Source: Alphaproteobacteria bacterium (GTDB lineage Bacteria > Pseudomonadota > Alphaproteobacteria > MPNO01). Taken from it: a DNA stretch of 64,000 nucleotides. The notes under the pieces were generated by a model. That model saw nothing but the letters and a program-made list of their open reading frames with translations. It had not been told where the DNA came from and made no database searches. Both the position numbers and the translations under genes were made by a program. Below are positions 28,009-36,903 of this stretch, one piece after another (position 1 is the stretch's first letter; every line of letters begins with the position of its first letter). Location of the stretch: positions 1,952,001-2,016,000 of the forward strand of contig OZ219866.1 in NCBI GenBank assembly GCA_964291675.2, given 5' to 3'.

Positions 28009-28550
28009 GCCGGCGCAACGAAATCGTCGGGCGTATCGTCGCCAAGGCGTGGTCGGACCCCGTCTTCGCCGACCGGCTGATCGCCGATGCGACGGCGATG
28101 CTGGGCTCGCTCGGCATCGCCTTGCCGGCCGGAAAGACCGTCGCCGCGGTCCAGAACACCGATACCGTCACCCACCTCGTGCTGCCGTCGCCGCGCTACA
28201 CCGAGCCAGCCTCCGCCTATGCCGACATCAAGGCGTTCGGCGAGACCTATCGCGATCCGCGCTACGCCCCGCTCGACTGGATCTCGCGCGACCCGGTGTT
28301 CATGGCGCGGTTCGAGGCCGATCCGGTGCCGATGCTGCGAAGCTGGGGGATCGCCGTGGCGGACGGCATGACGGTCTCCACGGTGCGCAACACGTCCACG
28401 CGGGTCTGGCTGGCCCTGCCCGTCCCGCCCGATGCCGGCGAGATGACCGACGACCTGCTCGACGAGATCGCCGCCGGGCGGTTGCCGCCGGCGATCCGCT
28501 ACGCCTCCATCGAGGGGACGTTGCGGCTCGACCGGTTCGCGCGGCGATGA
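28005..28550 (+). CDS. Protein with two tandem nitrile-hydratase-alpha/NHLP-leader-like domains
   Basis: IVAKAWSDPVFADRLIAD...VQNTDTVTHLVLP and SRDPVFMARFEADP...VRNTSTRVWLALP; GTGA overlap upstream and ATGA overlap downstream; no Cys. Confidence 0.75.
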   Translation: MSRRNEIVGRIVAKAWSDPVFADRLIADATAMLGSLGIALPAGKTVAAVQNTDTVTHLVLPSPRYTEPASAYADIKAFGETYRDPRYAPLDWISRDPVFMARFEADPVPMLRSWGIAVADGMTVSTVRNTSTRVWLALPVPPDAGEMTDDLLDEIAAGRLPPAIRYASIEGTLRLDRFARR

Positions 28551-29305
28551 CTGAACAGGCAATGGAAACCGTCGTCTACGGCTACGTCCACGGCGCATCG
28601 CTGCTCGCCGACATCGCCCGGCCCGAGGAGGCGGGCGGCAGGCTGCCCGTGGCGCTCTCGATCCATGGCGGGCGCTGGTATTTCGGGACGCGGCGCGACA
28701 CCGGCGCCATCGACGTCCGGCAATGGGCCGGGTTCGGGTTCTTCGCGATGAGCATCGACTACCGGCTGGTCACCTGCTCGCCGGCGCCGGCGGCCTATCA
28801 GGACGTGCTCTGCGCGATCCGCTGGGTCCACGCCAATGCCGACAGGTACGGCCTCGACCCGGAAAAAATCTTCCTCATCGGCATGTCGTCCGGCGGGCAT
28901 CTCGCCTCGCTCGCGGCGACGCTCGGCGAGGGACGCTTCCCGAAGACCGGCGGCTGGGACGACTACCCCGCGCGTTTCCGCGCCGCGGTCTCGGTGTCGG
29001 GCGCCTACGACATCGTGAGCCTCGACTGGGGCGCCGGCTGGGCGCCGCCCGGCGAGCCCTTTCCCGACGCGCGCGAATACGCATCCCCCATCCGCCATGT
29101 CGCGCCCGACAACGCGCCGCAGCTCATCCTCCATTCGGACGACGACCCGTCGATCCCGATCGAGCAGGTGCTGCGCATGGCCGATGCGCTGGAGGCGGCC
29201 GGCGCGTCCTACCGCTTGCGCCGCTACGCCGACCGCGGCCACATGTTCATCACCGACGAGGTGATCGCCGAGGCGCGCGCCTTCATCGCCGAGCACTCCG
29301 GCTGA
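28547..29305 (+). CDS. Alpha/beta hydrolase (HSL-like esterase)
   Basis: HGGRW, SIDYRL, GMSSGGHL, HSDDD, GH. Confidence 0.87.
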   Translation: MTEQAMETVVYGYVHGASLLADIARPEEAGGRLPVALSIHGGRWYFGTRRDTGAIDVRQWAGFGFFAMSIDYRLVTCSPAPAAYQDVLCAIRWVHANADRYGLDPEKIFLIGMSSGGHLASLAATLGEGRFPKTGGWDDYPARFRAAVSVSGAYDIVSLDWGAGWAPPGEPFPDAREYASPIRHVAPDNAPQLILHSDDDPSIPIEQVLRMADALEAAGASYRLRRYADRGHMFITDEVIAEARAFIAEHSG

Positions 29306-29310
29306 GCGCG

Positions 29311-29577
29311 AGCCCGCATTTCCCGCCAGGGTCATGGTCTGCGTCGCGCGCAGGCGTTCGATCCGCCAGGAGCGGGCCGAAAAGCGTAGCGGCACTACGG
29401 TTGAGGCCCGCGACGCCGCGGGCGGGCGCCTGCGCGCGACCCTTCGGGCGGCGCTGTCCGGCCGACAGGGTGCGTCGAGGCGCTTGCCCGATGTCCCCGC
29501 ATCGCGCCGCGCGCCTCTCCTGCCCTGTCGGCCGGACAGCGCCGCGCAGACCATGACCCTGGCGGGAAATGCGGGCT
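29311..29577. mobile_element. MITE (267 bp) with 33-bp perfect terminal inverted repeats
   Basis: agcccgcatttcccgccagggtcatggtctgcg ... cgcagaccatgaccctggcgggaaatgcgggct; internal IR ggcgctgtccggccgacaggg/ccctgtcggccggacagcgcc; no ORF. Confidence 0.8.
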
Positions 29578-29643
29578 AACCGCCGGTGGACAGCGCGCCG
29601 CCCGCCGATCACAGTGTGGCCGCACCCCCGACGCGGAGGATCC

Positions 29644-30045
29644 ATGCCCCAGACCATCCGCAAGTCCGTCATGGCGCTGGTCGCCGAGGCCGACGCCCAG
29701 GTCGACAAGCTGGAAGTCGCGGACGCGCTCGCGCTGCACGGAAAGGACGACGTGGTGTTCGTCGACCTCCGCGACATAAGGGAACTCGCGAAGACCGGCC
29801 GCATCGCCGGCGCGCGGCATGTCCCGCGCGGCATGCTCGAATTCTGGATCGACCCCGAGAGCCCCTATCACAAGCCGTTCTTCGCCGAGGACAGGACCTT
29901 CGTGTTCTACTGCGCCGGCGCCTGGCGGTCGGCGCTGGCGGCCAAGACGGCAGACGACATGGGGCTCGCCCCGGTCGCCCATCTGGCGGGCGGCATCCAG
30001 GCCTGGATCGACGCCGGCGGCCCCATCGACCCGCCGAAGAGCTGA
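29644..30045 (+). CDS. Rhodanese-like domain protein
   Basis: VDLRD, PRGMLEFWID, active loop CAGAWRS. Confidence 0.9.
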   Translation: MPQTIRKSVMALVAEADAQVDKLEVADALALHGKDDVVFVDLRDIRELAKTGRIAGARHVPRGMLEFWIDPESPYHKPFFAEDRTFVFYCAGAWRSALAAKTADDMGLAPVAHLAGGIQAWIDAGGPIDPPKS

Positions 30046-30053
30046 CGCGGTCC

Positions 30054-31130
30054 ATGGAATTCGGCATCTTCTCCAACGGCATCCGGCCGCATACCAGCGC
30101 CGCCCGGACCTATGACGAGGACATCCGCGAGATCGTGCTCGCCGACAGGCTCGGCTTCGGCGTCGCCTATATCAGCGAGCATCACGGCGAGCCGCCCTAT
30201 ATCGACCGCATCGACACCATCCCCGCGCCCGACCTGATGATGTGCAAGGCGGCCGGGCTCACCAGCCGCATCCGCATGGGCGCGGCGGTGAAGCTGATCC
30301 ACCTGCACCACCCGGTCGACGTGGCGATCCAGGCGGCGGTGACCGACCACCTGACCGGCGGGCGCTACATCTTCGGCTTCGGCTCCGGCTTCCCGCTGCC
30401 GCTGTTCTCGGAAGAGCGCGGGCTGAGCTTCGAGGACCGCCACGAGCGGCTCAACGAGGCCCTCGACTTCGTCCTGAGATGCTGGGCGGACGACGAGCCC
30501 TTCGACTGGGACGGCAGGCACTGGCGGGGGAGGGGCGTGGTCGCGCTGCCCAAGCCCTTCGCCGGAAGGCGCATGCCGATGGCGACGGCAACCGATTCGG
30601 AGGACATGCTCGGCATCGCCGGCGCGCGCGGCTACACGCTGATCTCGGCCTTTCTCGAATCGGCGGAGCGGCTGAAGCCGAAGGCCGACCTCTACGCGCA
30701 GGCGGCGCATGCGGCGGGTCTGAGCGACCCGCGGCGCAACATCGCCGCATCGCGCATCGTCTACATCGCCGACAGCGAGCGCCAGGCGATCGAGGATCTG
30801 CGCCCCGCCGTCACCCACGAGATCGGCTTCCAGGCCGAGCGCGGCTTCCTCAGGATGCTGGACAAGGTCTACGGCCTCCACGTTCCCAACAACGAGCACG
30901 GCATCGAGGCGCTGGTCGAGGCCGGGTTCTACTTCCTGGGCGACGCCGATTCGGTGGCCGAGAAGATCGCGCGGTTCCACGACGAGTCGGGCGGCTTCGG
31001 CACCTTCCTGATCGTCACCGGCAAGGACTGGGCGACCCGCGCGCATCGCGAGCGCTCGATGCGGCTGTTCATGGAGCGGGTCGCGCCCCAGCTCCGCCAC
31101 ATGGCGCCCGCCGAGCCCGCGCCGGCCTGA
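30054..31130 (+). CDS. LLM-class flavin-dependent oxidoreductase
   Basis: MEFGIF, ADRLGF, SEHH, DHLTGGR. Confidence 0.9.
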   Translation: MEFGIFSNGIRPHTSAARTYDEDIREIVLADRLGFGVAYISEHHGEPPYIDRIDTIPAPDLMMCKAAGLTSRIRMGAAVKLIHLHHPVDVAIQAAVTDHLTGGRYIFGFGSGFPLPLFSEERGLSFEDRHERLNEALDFVLRCWADDEPFDWDGRHWRGRGVVALPKPFAGRRMPMATATDSEDMLGIAGARGYTLISAFLESAERLKPKADLYAQAAHAAGLSDPRRNIAASRIVYIADSERQAIEDLRPAVTHEIGFQAERGFLRMLDKVYGLHVPNNEHGIEALVEAGFYFLGDADSVAEKIARFHDESGGFGTFLIVTGKDWATRAHRERSMRLFMERVAPQLRHMAPAEPAPA

Positions 31131-31144
31131 CGTTGGGCCAAGGC

Positions 31145-33577
31145 GTGTCCCGAAATGGTGCAGCGGCTGCCGCGGCGCCCCGTCCCTCGATACGGCCCTT
31201 CGGGCCTACTCGGGATGAGGGGAAGGACTTGGACCGCCCACCACCCGCCCTCATCCTGAGTAGCGGCGAAGCCGCGTATCGAAGGACGCGCCTGATCGGC
31301 GAATCGGTCCCGCGCAGGGAGGACCGGCGGCTGCTGACCGGCGGCGGCCGTTTCAGCGACGATATCAACGCCCCCGGCCAGGCCCATGCGGCGTTCCTGC
31401 GCTCGCCCCACGCCCATGCCGAAATCCGGCGGATCGATTGCGTCCAGGCCGCCTCCCTGCCCGGCGTGCTCGCGGTGCTGACGGGGCGGGACTACGCGGC
31501 GGACGGGCTCTTGCCGCTGCTCCAGCTCCACACCCCGGTCGATCACCTCGACCCCACCCGGCCCGGGCTGACGGAGGAGCAGCTTTCGCCGCTGCCCGGG
31601 CCGCCGCCGATCGCCGCCGGCCGGGTGCGCCATGTCGGCGAGATCGTGGCCGTCGCGGTGGCCGAGGCAAGCGATGCCGCGCTCGATGCGCTGGAGCGGA
31701 TCGCCGTCGACTACGAGCCCCTGCCGGCGGTGACCGACGCGCTCGCCGCCGCTGCGCCAGACGCGCCCCGGCTGTGGGATGGCGGCAATGTCTGCCTCCG
31801 CGCCGAGGCGGGCGACGCCCGGGCGTGCGAGACGGCATTCGCCGCGGCTCACCGCACGGTCCGGCTCGCGCTCCACAACCACCGGATCTATGGCTGCCCG
31901 ATGGAGCCCAAATCCGCGCTCGGCGAGTTCGATCCCGGGTCGGGGCGCTATACGCTGCACGCGCCGAGCCAGGGCGTGCACCGCTTCCAGCGCTCGATCG
32001 CCGCGGCCTTCGGCGTCGACCGGGAGCGCGTGCGCATCGTCTCCGGCGATGTCGGCGGCGGGTACGGCGTGCGCTCGGCCTGCGGCAACGAGTATCCGCT
32101 GCTGCTCTGGGCCGCCCGGCGCGCGGGCCGTCCGGTCAAGTGGACCGGGGGTCGCGCCGAGACCTTCCTCTCCGACTACCACGCGCGCGACATCCGCACC
32201 GAAGGCGCGCTGGCCCTCGACGCGGACGGCGGCATCGCCGGGCTCAGGATCGACTATCTCGGCAATCTCGGGGCGTATCCGATCTCGTTCGCGGTGCTCT
32301 CCAACCTGCTCAAGATGGCCGGGCCGCCTTACGACATTCCGGCGATGCACGTCACCGTGCAGGGCGCGTTCACCAACACCATCCCGGTCTCCGTCTATCG
32401 CGGTGCCGGGCGGCCCGAGGTGACGCAGATCGTCGAGCGCCTGATCGACCTCGCCGCCGACGAGGCGGGGATGGACGGGGCGGCGCTGCGCCGGCGCAAC
32501 CTGATCGCCGCTTCCGCGCTGCCCTACCGCTCGGGGCTCGGGCTCGACTACGACTCGGGCGCGTTCGGCGAGAATTTCGAGGCGGTGCTGCGCGAGATCG
32601 ACTGGGACGGTTTCCCGGCGCGGCGCGAAGCCGCTTCCGCGCGCGGCAGGCGGGCGGGGATCGGCGCCGTCGCCTATCTCGAATCGCCCGGCGCCGCGCC
32701 CTATGAGCGCACCGATGTCGCGGTCCTGCCCGACGGCAGGGTCGAGGCGGCGATCGGCACCCAGGCCTCGGGCCAGGGGCACGAGACCAGCTTCGCCCAG
32801 GTGGTCGCGGAGACGCTGGAAATTCCCCTTGAGAGCGTCGCGATCGCGTTCGGCGACACCGACCGGGCGGTCGACGGCTCGGGCTCCCACGCCGACCGGT
32901 CGATGCGGCTCGGCGGCACCATCCTCTGGCGCGCGGCGCGGCGGATCGTCGACGACGGGCGCGAGGCGGCGGCGCACGTCCTGGAGGCCGCCGCCGCCGA
33001 TATCGGCTATGCCGAAGGCCGGTTCACCGTGCTCGGCACCGACCGTTCGGTCGGGCTGTTCGAGCTCGCCGCCGAGGCGCCGCTCGCCGCCACCGAGGAG
33101 ATCGCCACCCGTCTGCACGCCCACCCCAACGGCGCGGCCGGCTGCGAGGTCGAGATCGACCCCGAGACCGGCGAGCTGTCGGTGATCCGCTACGCCACCG
33201 TCGACGATGTCGGACGCGTCATCAACCCCTTGATCGTCGAGGGCCAGGTGCATGGCGGCATCGCCCAGGGCATCGGCCAGGCGCTGTTCGAACGCATTGT
33301 CCACGACCCCGCCTCCGGGCAGCTGCTCACCGGCTCGTTCATGGATTACTGCCTGCCGCGCGCCGACGACCTGCCATCGTTCTCGGGAGCCGTCGACGGG
33401 CGACCGACGCAGAGCAACCCGCTCGGCGTCAAGGGGGCGGGCGAGACCGGAACCACCCCGGCGACGGCGGCGGTGCTGAGCGCCGCCACCGACGCGCTCC
33501 GCGAGTACGGCGTGGCGCATCTCGAAATGCCGCTGACGCCCGAGCGCATCTGGCGCGCGATCCGGGGAGCGGGCTGA
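31145..33577 (+). CDS. Xanthine dehydrogenase/CoxL-family molybdopterin-binding subunit
   Basis: IGESVPRREDRRLLTG, VGGGYG, YRGAGRPE, GQGHET, GVKGAGE; start uncertain (GTG 31145 or TTG 31229). Confidence 0.88.
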   Translation: MSRNGAAAAAAPRPSIRPFGPTRDEGKDLDRPPPALILSSGEAAYRRTRLIGESVPRREDRRLLTGGGRFSDDINAPGQAHAAFLRSPHAHAEIRRIDCVQAASLPGVLAVLTGRDYAADGLLPLLQLHTPVDHLDPTRPGLTEEQLSPLPGPPPIAAGRVRHVGEIVAVAVAEASDAALDALERIAVDYEPLPAVTDALAAAAPDAPRLWDGGNVCLRAEAGDARACETAFAAAHRTVRLALHNHRIYGCPMEPKSALGEFDPGSGRYTLHAPSQGVHRFQRSIAAAFGVDRERVRIVSGDVGGGYGVRSACGNEYPLLLWAARRAGRPVKWTGGRAETFLSDYHARDIRTEGALALDADGGIAGLRIDYLGNLGAYPISFAVLSNLLKMAGPPYDIPAMHVTVQGAFTNTIPVSVYRGAGRPEVTQIVERLIDLAADEAGMDGAALRRRNLIAASALPYRSGLGLDYDSGAFGENFEAVLREIDWDGFPARREAASARGRRAGIGAVAYLESPGAAPYERTDVAVLPDGRVEAAIGTQASGQGHETSFAQVVAETLEIPLESVAIAFGDTDRAVDGSGSHADRSMRLGGTILWRAARRIVDDGREAAAHVLEAAAADIGYAEGRFTVLGTDRSVGLFELAAEAPLAATEEIATRLHAHPNGAAGCEVEIDPETGELSVIRYATVDDVGRVINPLIVEGQVHGGIAQGIGQALFERIVHDPASGQLLTGSFMDYCLPRADDLPSFSGAVDGRPTQSNPLGVKGAGETGTTPATAAVLSAATDALREYGVAHLEMPLTPERIWRAIRGAG
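31181..31288. repeat. REP-like palindromic element (family 2), within the 5' end of the Mo-subunit ORF
   Basis: Arms near-identical to 16911-17020. Confidence 0.85.
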
Positions 33578-33583
33578 GCCTCC

Positions 33584-34564
33584 CTACTCCCCGATCTTGA
33601 ACAGCCGGACCGCGTTGGTGCGGCCGATCTTGATCCGGTCGGCCTCCGAGATCGTCACCTCGTCGAACCACTTCGCCCCGCCGTCGACGTTCTCGAACGG
33701 CCAGTCGACGGAGAACATGATCCGGTCGGAGCCGAGCTCCAGCATGGTGTCGACCAGGCTCTGGGTGCGGAAATTGCCGGAGGTGGTGATGTAGAAGTTC
33801 TCCTGCAGATAGTCGCCCAGCTTGCGCTTGGCCGGGTAGGCGGGGGGCGCGTTGGTCCAGCTATTGCGGTTGTCGCAGCGCCAGATGCTGAACGGCAGGC
33901 CCTCGCCCATATGGCCGAGCACGATCTGGATGCCGGGGTGCGCGTCGAACAGGCCGGACGCCATGAGCCGCAGCGCGTGGACGGCGGTCTCCTGGCCGAA
34001 CGCCCAGGTCGGCCCGAGCAGCCAGGGATGGCCCTCGTAGATCTGCGCCATGCTGGGCAGCGGGTTGCGCGGATGCAGGTAGAAGGGCGCGTCGAGAGCC
34101 TCGACGACGCTCCAGAAATCGCGGTATTGCGGCAGGTCGTAATAGACCGCGGTGTCGGGCTCGTCGACCTGGGAGAAGCCGTTCACGTTGGCGCCCACGA
34201 AGCCGAGCTCGGTCACGCAGCGCTCCAGCTCGCGCGCCGCGGCGTCGGGGTCCTGCATCGGCAGCGCGGCGAAGCCGAGGAACCGGTCGGGGCGCCTGGC
34301 GATTTCTTCCGCGAGCACGTCGTTCGCCTTCCTGGCGAGCGCGATGGCCTCGGCGCGGTCGTGGATGCCCTGAATCGCGGGTGCGTTGAGCGACAGGATC
34401 ATGATCTCGATTCCGTGCGCATCCATCTCCCGGACCCGCCGGTCGTGGATGTCGAGCAGCCGGCCGCTCAGCTCCTCCCAGGTATCCGGCGGCAGGTAGC
34501 CCGCCGAGTCGCTCAACGTATCCTGGATCGCGAAATGCTCCTCGAGCGCGATCTTCCCGTCCAT
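33584..34564 (-). CDS. Gamma-resorcylate (2,6-dihydroxybenzoate) decarboxylase-like amidohydrolase
   Basis: GKIALEEHFA, FYLHPRNP, WLLGPTWAF-QETAVHALRL, TTSGNFRT, DWPFE match the recalled rhizobial enzyme closely. Confidence 0.88.
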   Translation of the reverse strand: MDGKIALEEHFAIQDTLSDSAGYLPPDTWEELSGRLLDIHDRRVREMDAHGIEIMILSLNAPAIQGIHDRAEAIALARKANDVLAEEIARRPDRFLGFAALPMQDPDAAARELERCVTELGFVGANVNGFSQVDEPDTAVYYDLPQYRDFWSVVEALDAPFYLHPRNPLPSMAQIYEGHPWLLGPTWAFGQETAVHALRLMASGLFDAHPGIQIVLGHMGEGLPFSIWRCDNRNSWTNAPPAYPAKRKLGDYLQENFYITTSGNFRTQSLVDTMLELGSDRIMFSVDWPFENVDGGAKWFDEVTISEADRIKIGRTNAVRLFKIGE

Positions 34565-34695
34565 CCTTCTTCCCTCCGTGCCTGTGCCGCGGAATCGGGA
34601 CTATGCACGAATTGCCGGGTCGAAAGAACGCCGCGCGCTTGACCTCGGCGGGCGGGCGGCGGATCGTGCGGGGACGCCCTTCGAGGAGCAGGAAC

Positions 34696-35907
34696 TTGGC
34701 GACGCGACAGACCGTCTTCCAGCCCATCCCCGAGCGCGAGGAGATCAACGCCCGCATAGCGGCGATGCTGCCTCTGGTACGCGAGAACGCGCTCGCCGGC
34801 GAGCGCGGCCGCAAGGTCGCCGACGAGGTGATCGAGGCGTTCAAGGACACCGGCATCCACCTCGCCTTGCAGCCCCGGCGCTATGGCGGCTGGGAGCACG
34901 GCTACGAGACGGTGATCGACGTGAGCTCGGCGCTGGGAACCGCCTGCGCCTCAACCGCCTGGGTGTGCGGGCTCTACATGATCCACAACTGGGCGCTCAC
35001 CCTGTTCCCCGAAGAGTTCCAGGACGAGATCTGGAGCGAGACCCGGGCGGTCGCCATTTCGGGGTCCTACGCGCCGGCCGGAACCGCGACCGCGGTCGAT
35101 GGCGGGTTTCGCCTCTCCGGCCGGTTCAGGTTTTCCAGCGGCTGCCCGCATGCCGACTGGAACCTGTGCGGCGCGGCGCTCCCCACCGCTTCGGGCGACG
35201 GAACCGCGCCCGCCTTCGTGCTGATCCCCAAGAGCGACTATCGCATCGACTGGGAGAGCTGGGACAATGTCGGCCTCGCCGCGACCGGGAGCTACGACGT
35301 GCTGGTCGACGATGCGTTCGTGCCCGCGCGCCGCGTGCTCCCCTTCGCCGCGGCGATGACGGGGAACGCGCCCGGGCTGCCGGCCCACGACAATCCGATC
35401 TACCGCATTCCGATGCTGGCCTGTGTGCCCTACGCCCTGGCGATGCCCGGCGTCGGTGCCGCGCGCGGCGCCATCGACCTGTTCGTGGAGGAGAACCGCG
35501 CCCGCGAGACCCGCGGCGCCGTGGTCGCCGGCGGCAACAGGGTCTCGGACTACCAGACCGTCCAGAAGCGCGTCGGCGAGGCCGAGGCGCTGGTCGATTC
35601 CTGCCTGGTCGTCGCCTATCGCGACATCGCCGAGACCCAGGATGAGGTCGCGGCCAACGGCGCGGTGTCGCTGGAGACCCGCATGCGCAACCGGCGCAGC
35701 CAGTCCTTCATCACCCATCAGGCGGTGGCGGCGATCGACCTCATCCTCGCCGCCGCCGGCGGGCGGTCGATGCAGGCGAGCCACCCCATCCCGCGCGCCT
35801 GGCGGGACATCCACAGCGCGGCGGCGCATATCAGCCTCAACCACGACGCGGTGATGTCGATGATCGGCCAGTACCGCTTCGGTCTGGAGCCGCACGGCCA
35901 GTATTGA
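34696..35907 (+). CDS. Flavin-dependent hydroxylase, resorcinol 4-hydroxylase (GraA)-like
   Basis: ACAD fold, ACASTAW, TRGAVVAGGNR, C-terminal GLEPHGQY; TTG start after GAGGAG. Confidence 0.78.
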   Translation: MATRQTVFQPIPEREEINARIAAMLPLVRENALAGERGRKVADEVIEAFKDTGIHLALQPRRYGGWEHGYETVIDVSSALGTACASTAWVCGLYMIHNWALTLFPEEFQDEIWSETRAVAISGSYAPAGTATAVDGGFRLSGRFRFSSGCPHADWNLCGAALPTASGDGTAPAFVLIPKSDYRIDWESWDNVGLAATGSYDVLVDDAFVPARRVLPFAAAMTGNAPGLPAHDNPIYRIPMLACVPYALAMPGVGAARGAIDLFVEENRARETRGAVVAGGNRVSDYQTVQKRVGEAEALVDSCLVVAYRDIAETQDEVAANGAVSLETRMRNRRSQSFITHQAVAAIDLILAAAGGRSMQASHPIPRAWRDIHSAAAHISLNHDAVMSMIGQYRFGLEPHGQY

Positions 35908-35927
35908 CGCGCCGCCGGGCTTGCGCA

Positions 35928-36782
35928 CTAGGCGGGGCCGCGCCGCAGCAGCGCGATATAGATCAGCGCGGTGGCGAACATGATCAGGCTGTAGGTCGCC
36001 GCCGGCACGGTCGCCAGCCCGCCGCCGAACAGCAGCACCGCGACGGCGATGGCGAGCGTCCCGTTCTGCAGCCCGCATTCGATGGCGATCGCGGTGCGCT
36101 GGGCGGGGCCGGTGGCGAACAGCCGCGCCAGCCCCCAGGCGATGGCCATCATCGCGAGGTTGAGGACCAGGGTGACGAGGCCGGCCTCGGCGAAATAGGG
36201 GACGATGTTGGCCCGTTCCTGGACGATCGCGCCGGCCAGCACGAGCACGAACAGCACCGCGGACAGCTTGCGCGCCGCCGGCTCGGCGCGACGCGCGAAG
36301 CCCTCGGCGAAGCGGCGGACGAACAGGCCGATCAGCACCGGGACGGCGACGATCAGGAACACGCCGATGGCGGTTCCCGCGACCGAGATGTCCTTGCCCG
36401 CCTGTTCCCCGAGGAACCGGGCGTAGGAGAAGACCACGATGACCGGGATGGTGACCACGCTCAGCAGGCTGATCACCGCGGTCAGCGAGATCGACAGCGC
36501 CACGTCGCCGCGCGCGAATGCGGTCAGGATGTTCGAGGTCACCCCGCCCGGCGCGGCGGCGATGATCATCAGCCCGAGCGCCAGCTCCGGCGCCATCGGC
36601 CAGATGCTGGCGAGGGCGAAGGCGACCGCCGGGAGCACGACGATCTGGCAGGCCGCGCCGAGCGCGAAATCGCGCGGACGGCGCGCCACCCGGGCGAAGT
36701 CGTCGAAGGTGAGCCCGAGCCCGAGGGCCAGCATGATAAAGGCGAGCGCCAGCGGCAGCACGACATCGACCATGAACCCCAT
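35928..36782 (-). CDS. Bile acid:sodium symporter (BASS) family
   Basis: PGGVTSN, GDVALS, IECGLQN. Confidence 0.92.
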   Translation of the reverse strand: MGFMVDVVLPLALAFIMLALGLGLTFDDFARVARRPRDFALGAACQIVVLPAVAFALASIWPMAPELALGLMIIAAAPGGVTSNILTAFARGDVALSISLTAVISLLSVVTIPVIVVFSYARFLGEQAGKDISVAGTAIGVFLIVAVPVLIGLFVRRFAEGFARRAEPAARKLSAVLFVLVLAGAIVQERANIVPYFAEAGLVTLVLNLAMMAIAWGLARLFATGPAQRTAIAIECGLQNGTLAIAVAVLLFGGGLATVPAATYSLIMFATALIYIALLRRGPA

Positions 36783-36903
36783 GACATCCCTCCAGATGCG
36801 GCCGGCCTAGGCAAACCATTGCGCAGGGCTATATTGCATTGTGAAACGGCGCGGACGGCGGGGGAAGTGGGCCCGCCCGGCCGCCCGGCGAGGGAGCCAG
36901 AGA

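Noticed and set aside
28005-28550. Functional nitrile hydratase alpha subunit
   Set aside because: No cysteines or CxxCSC motif and no beta subunit gene
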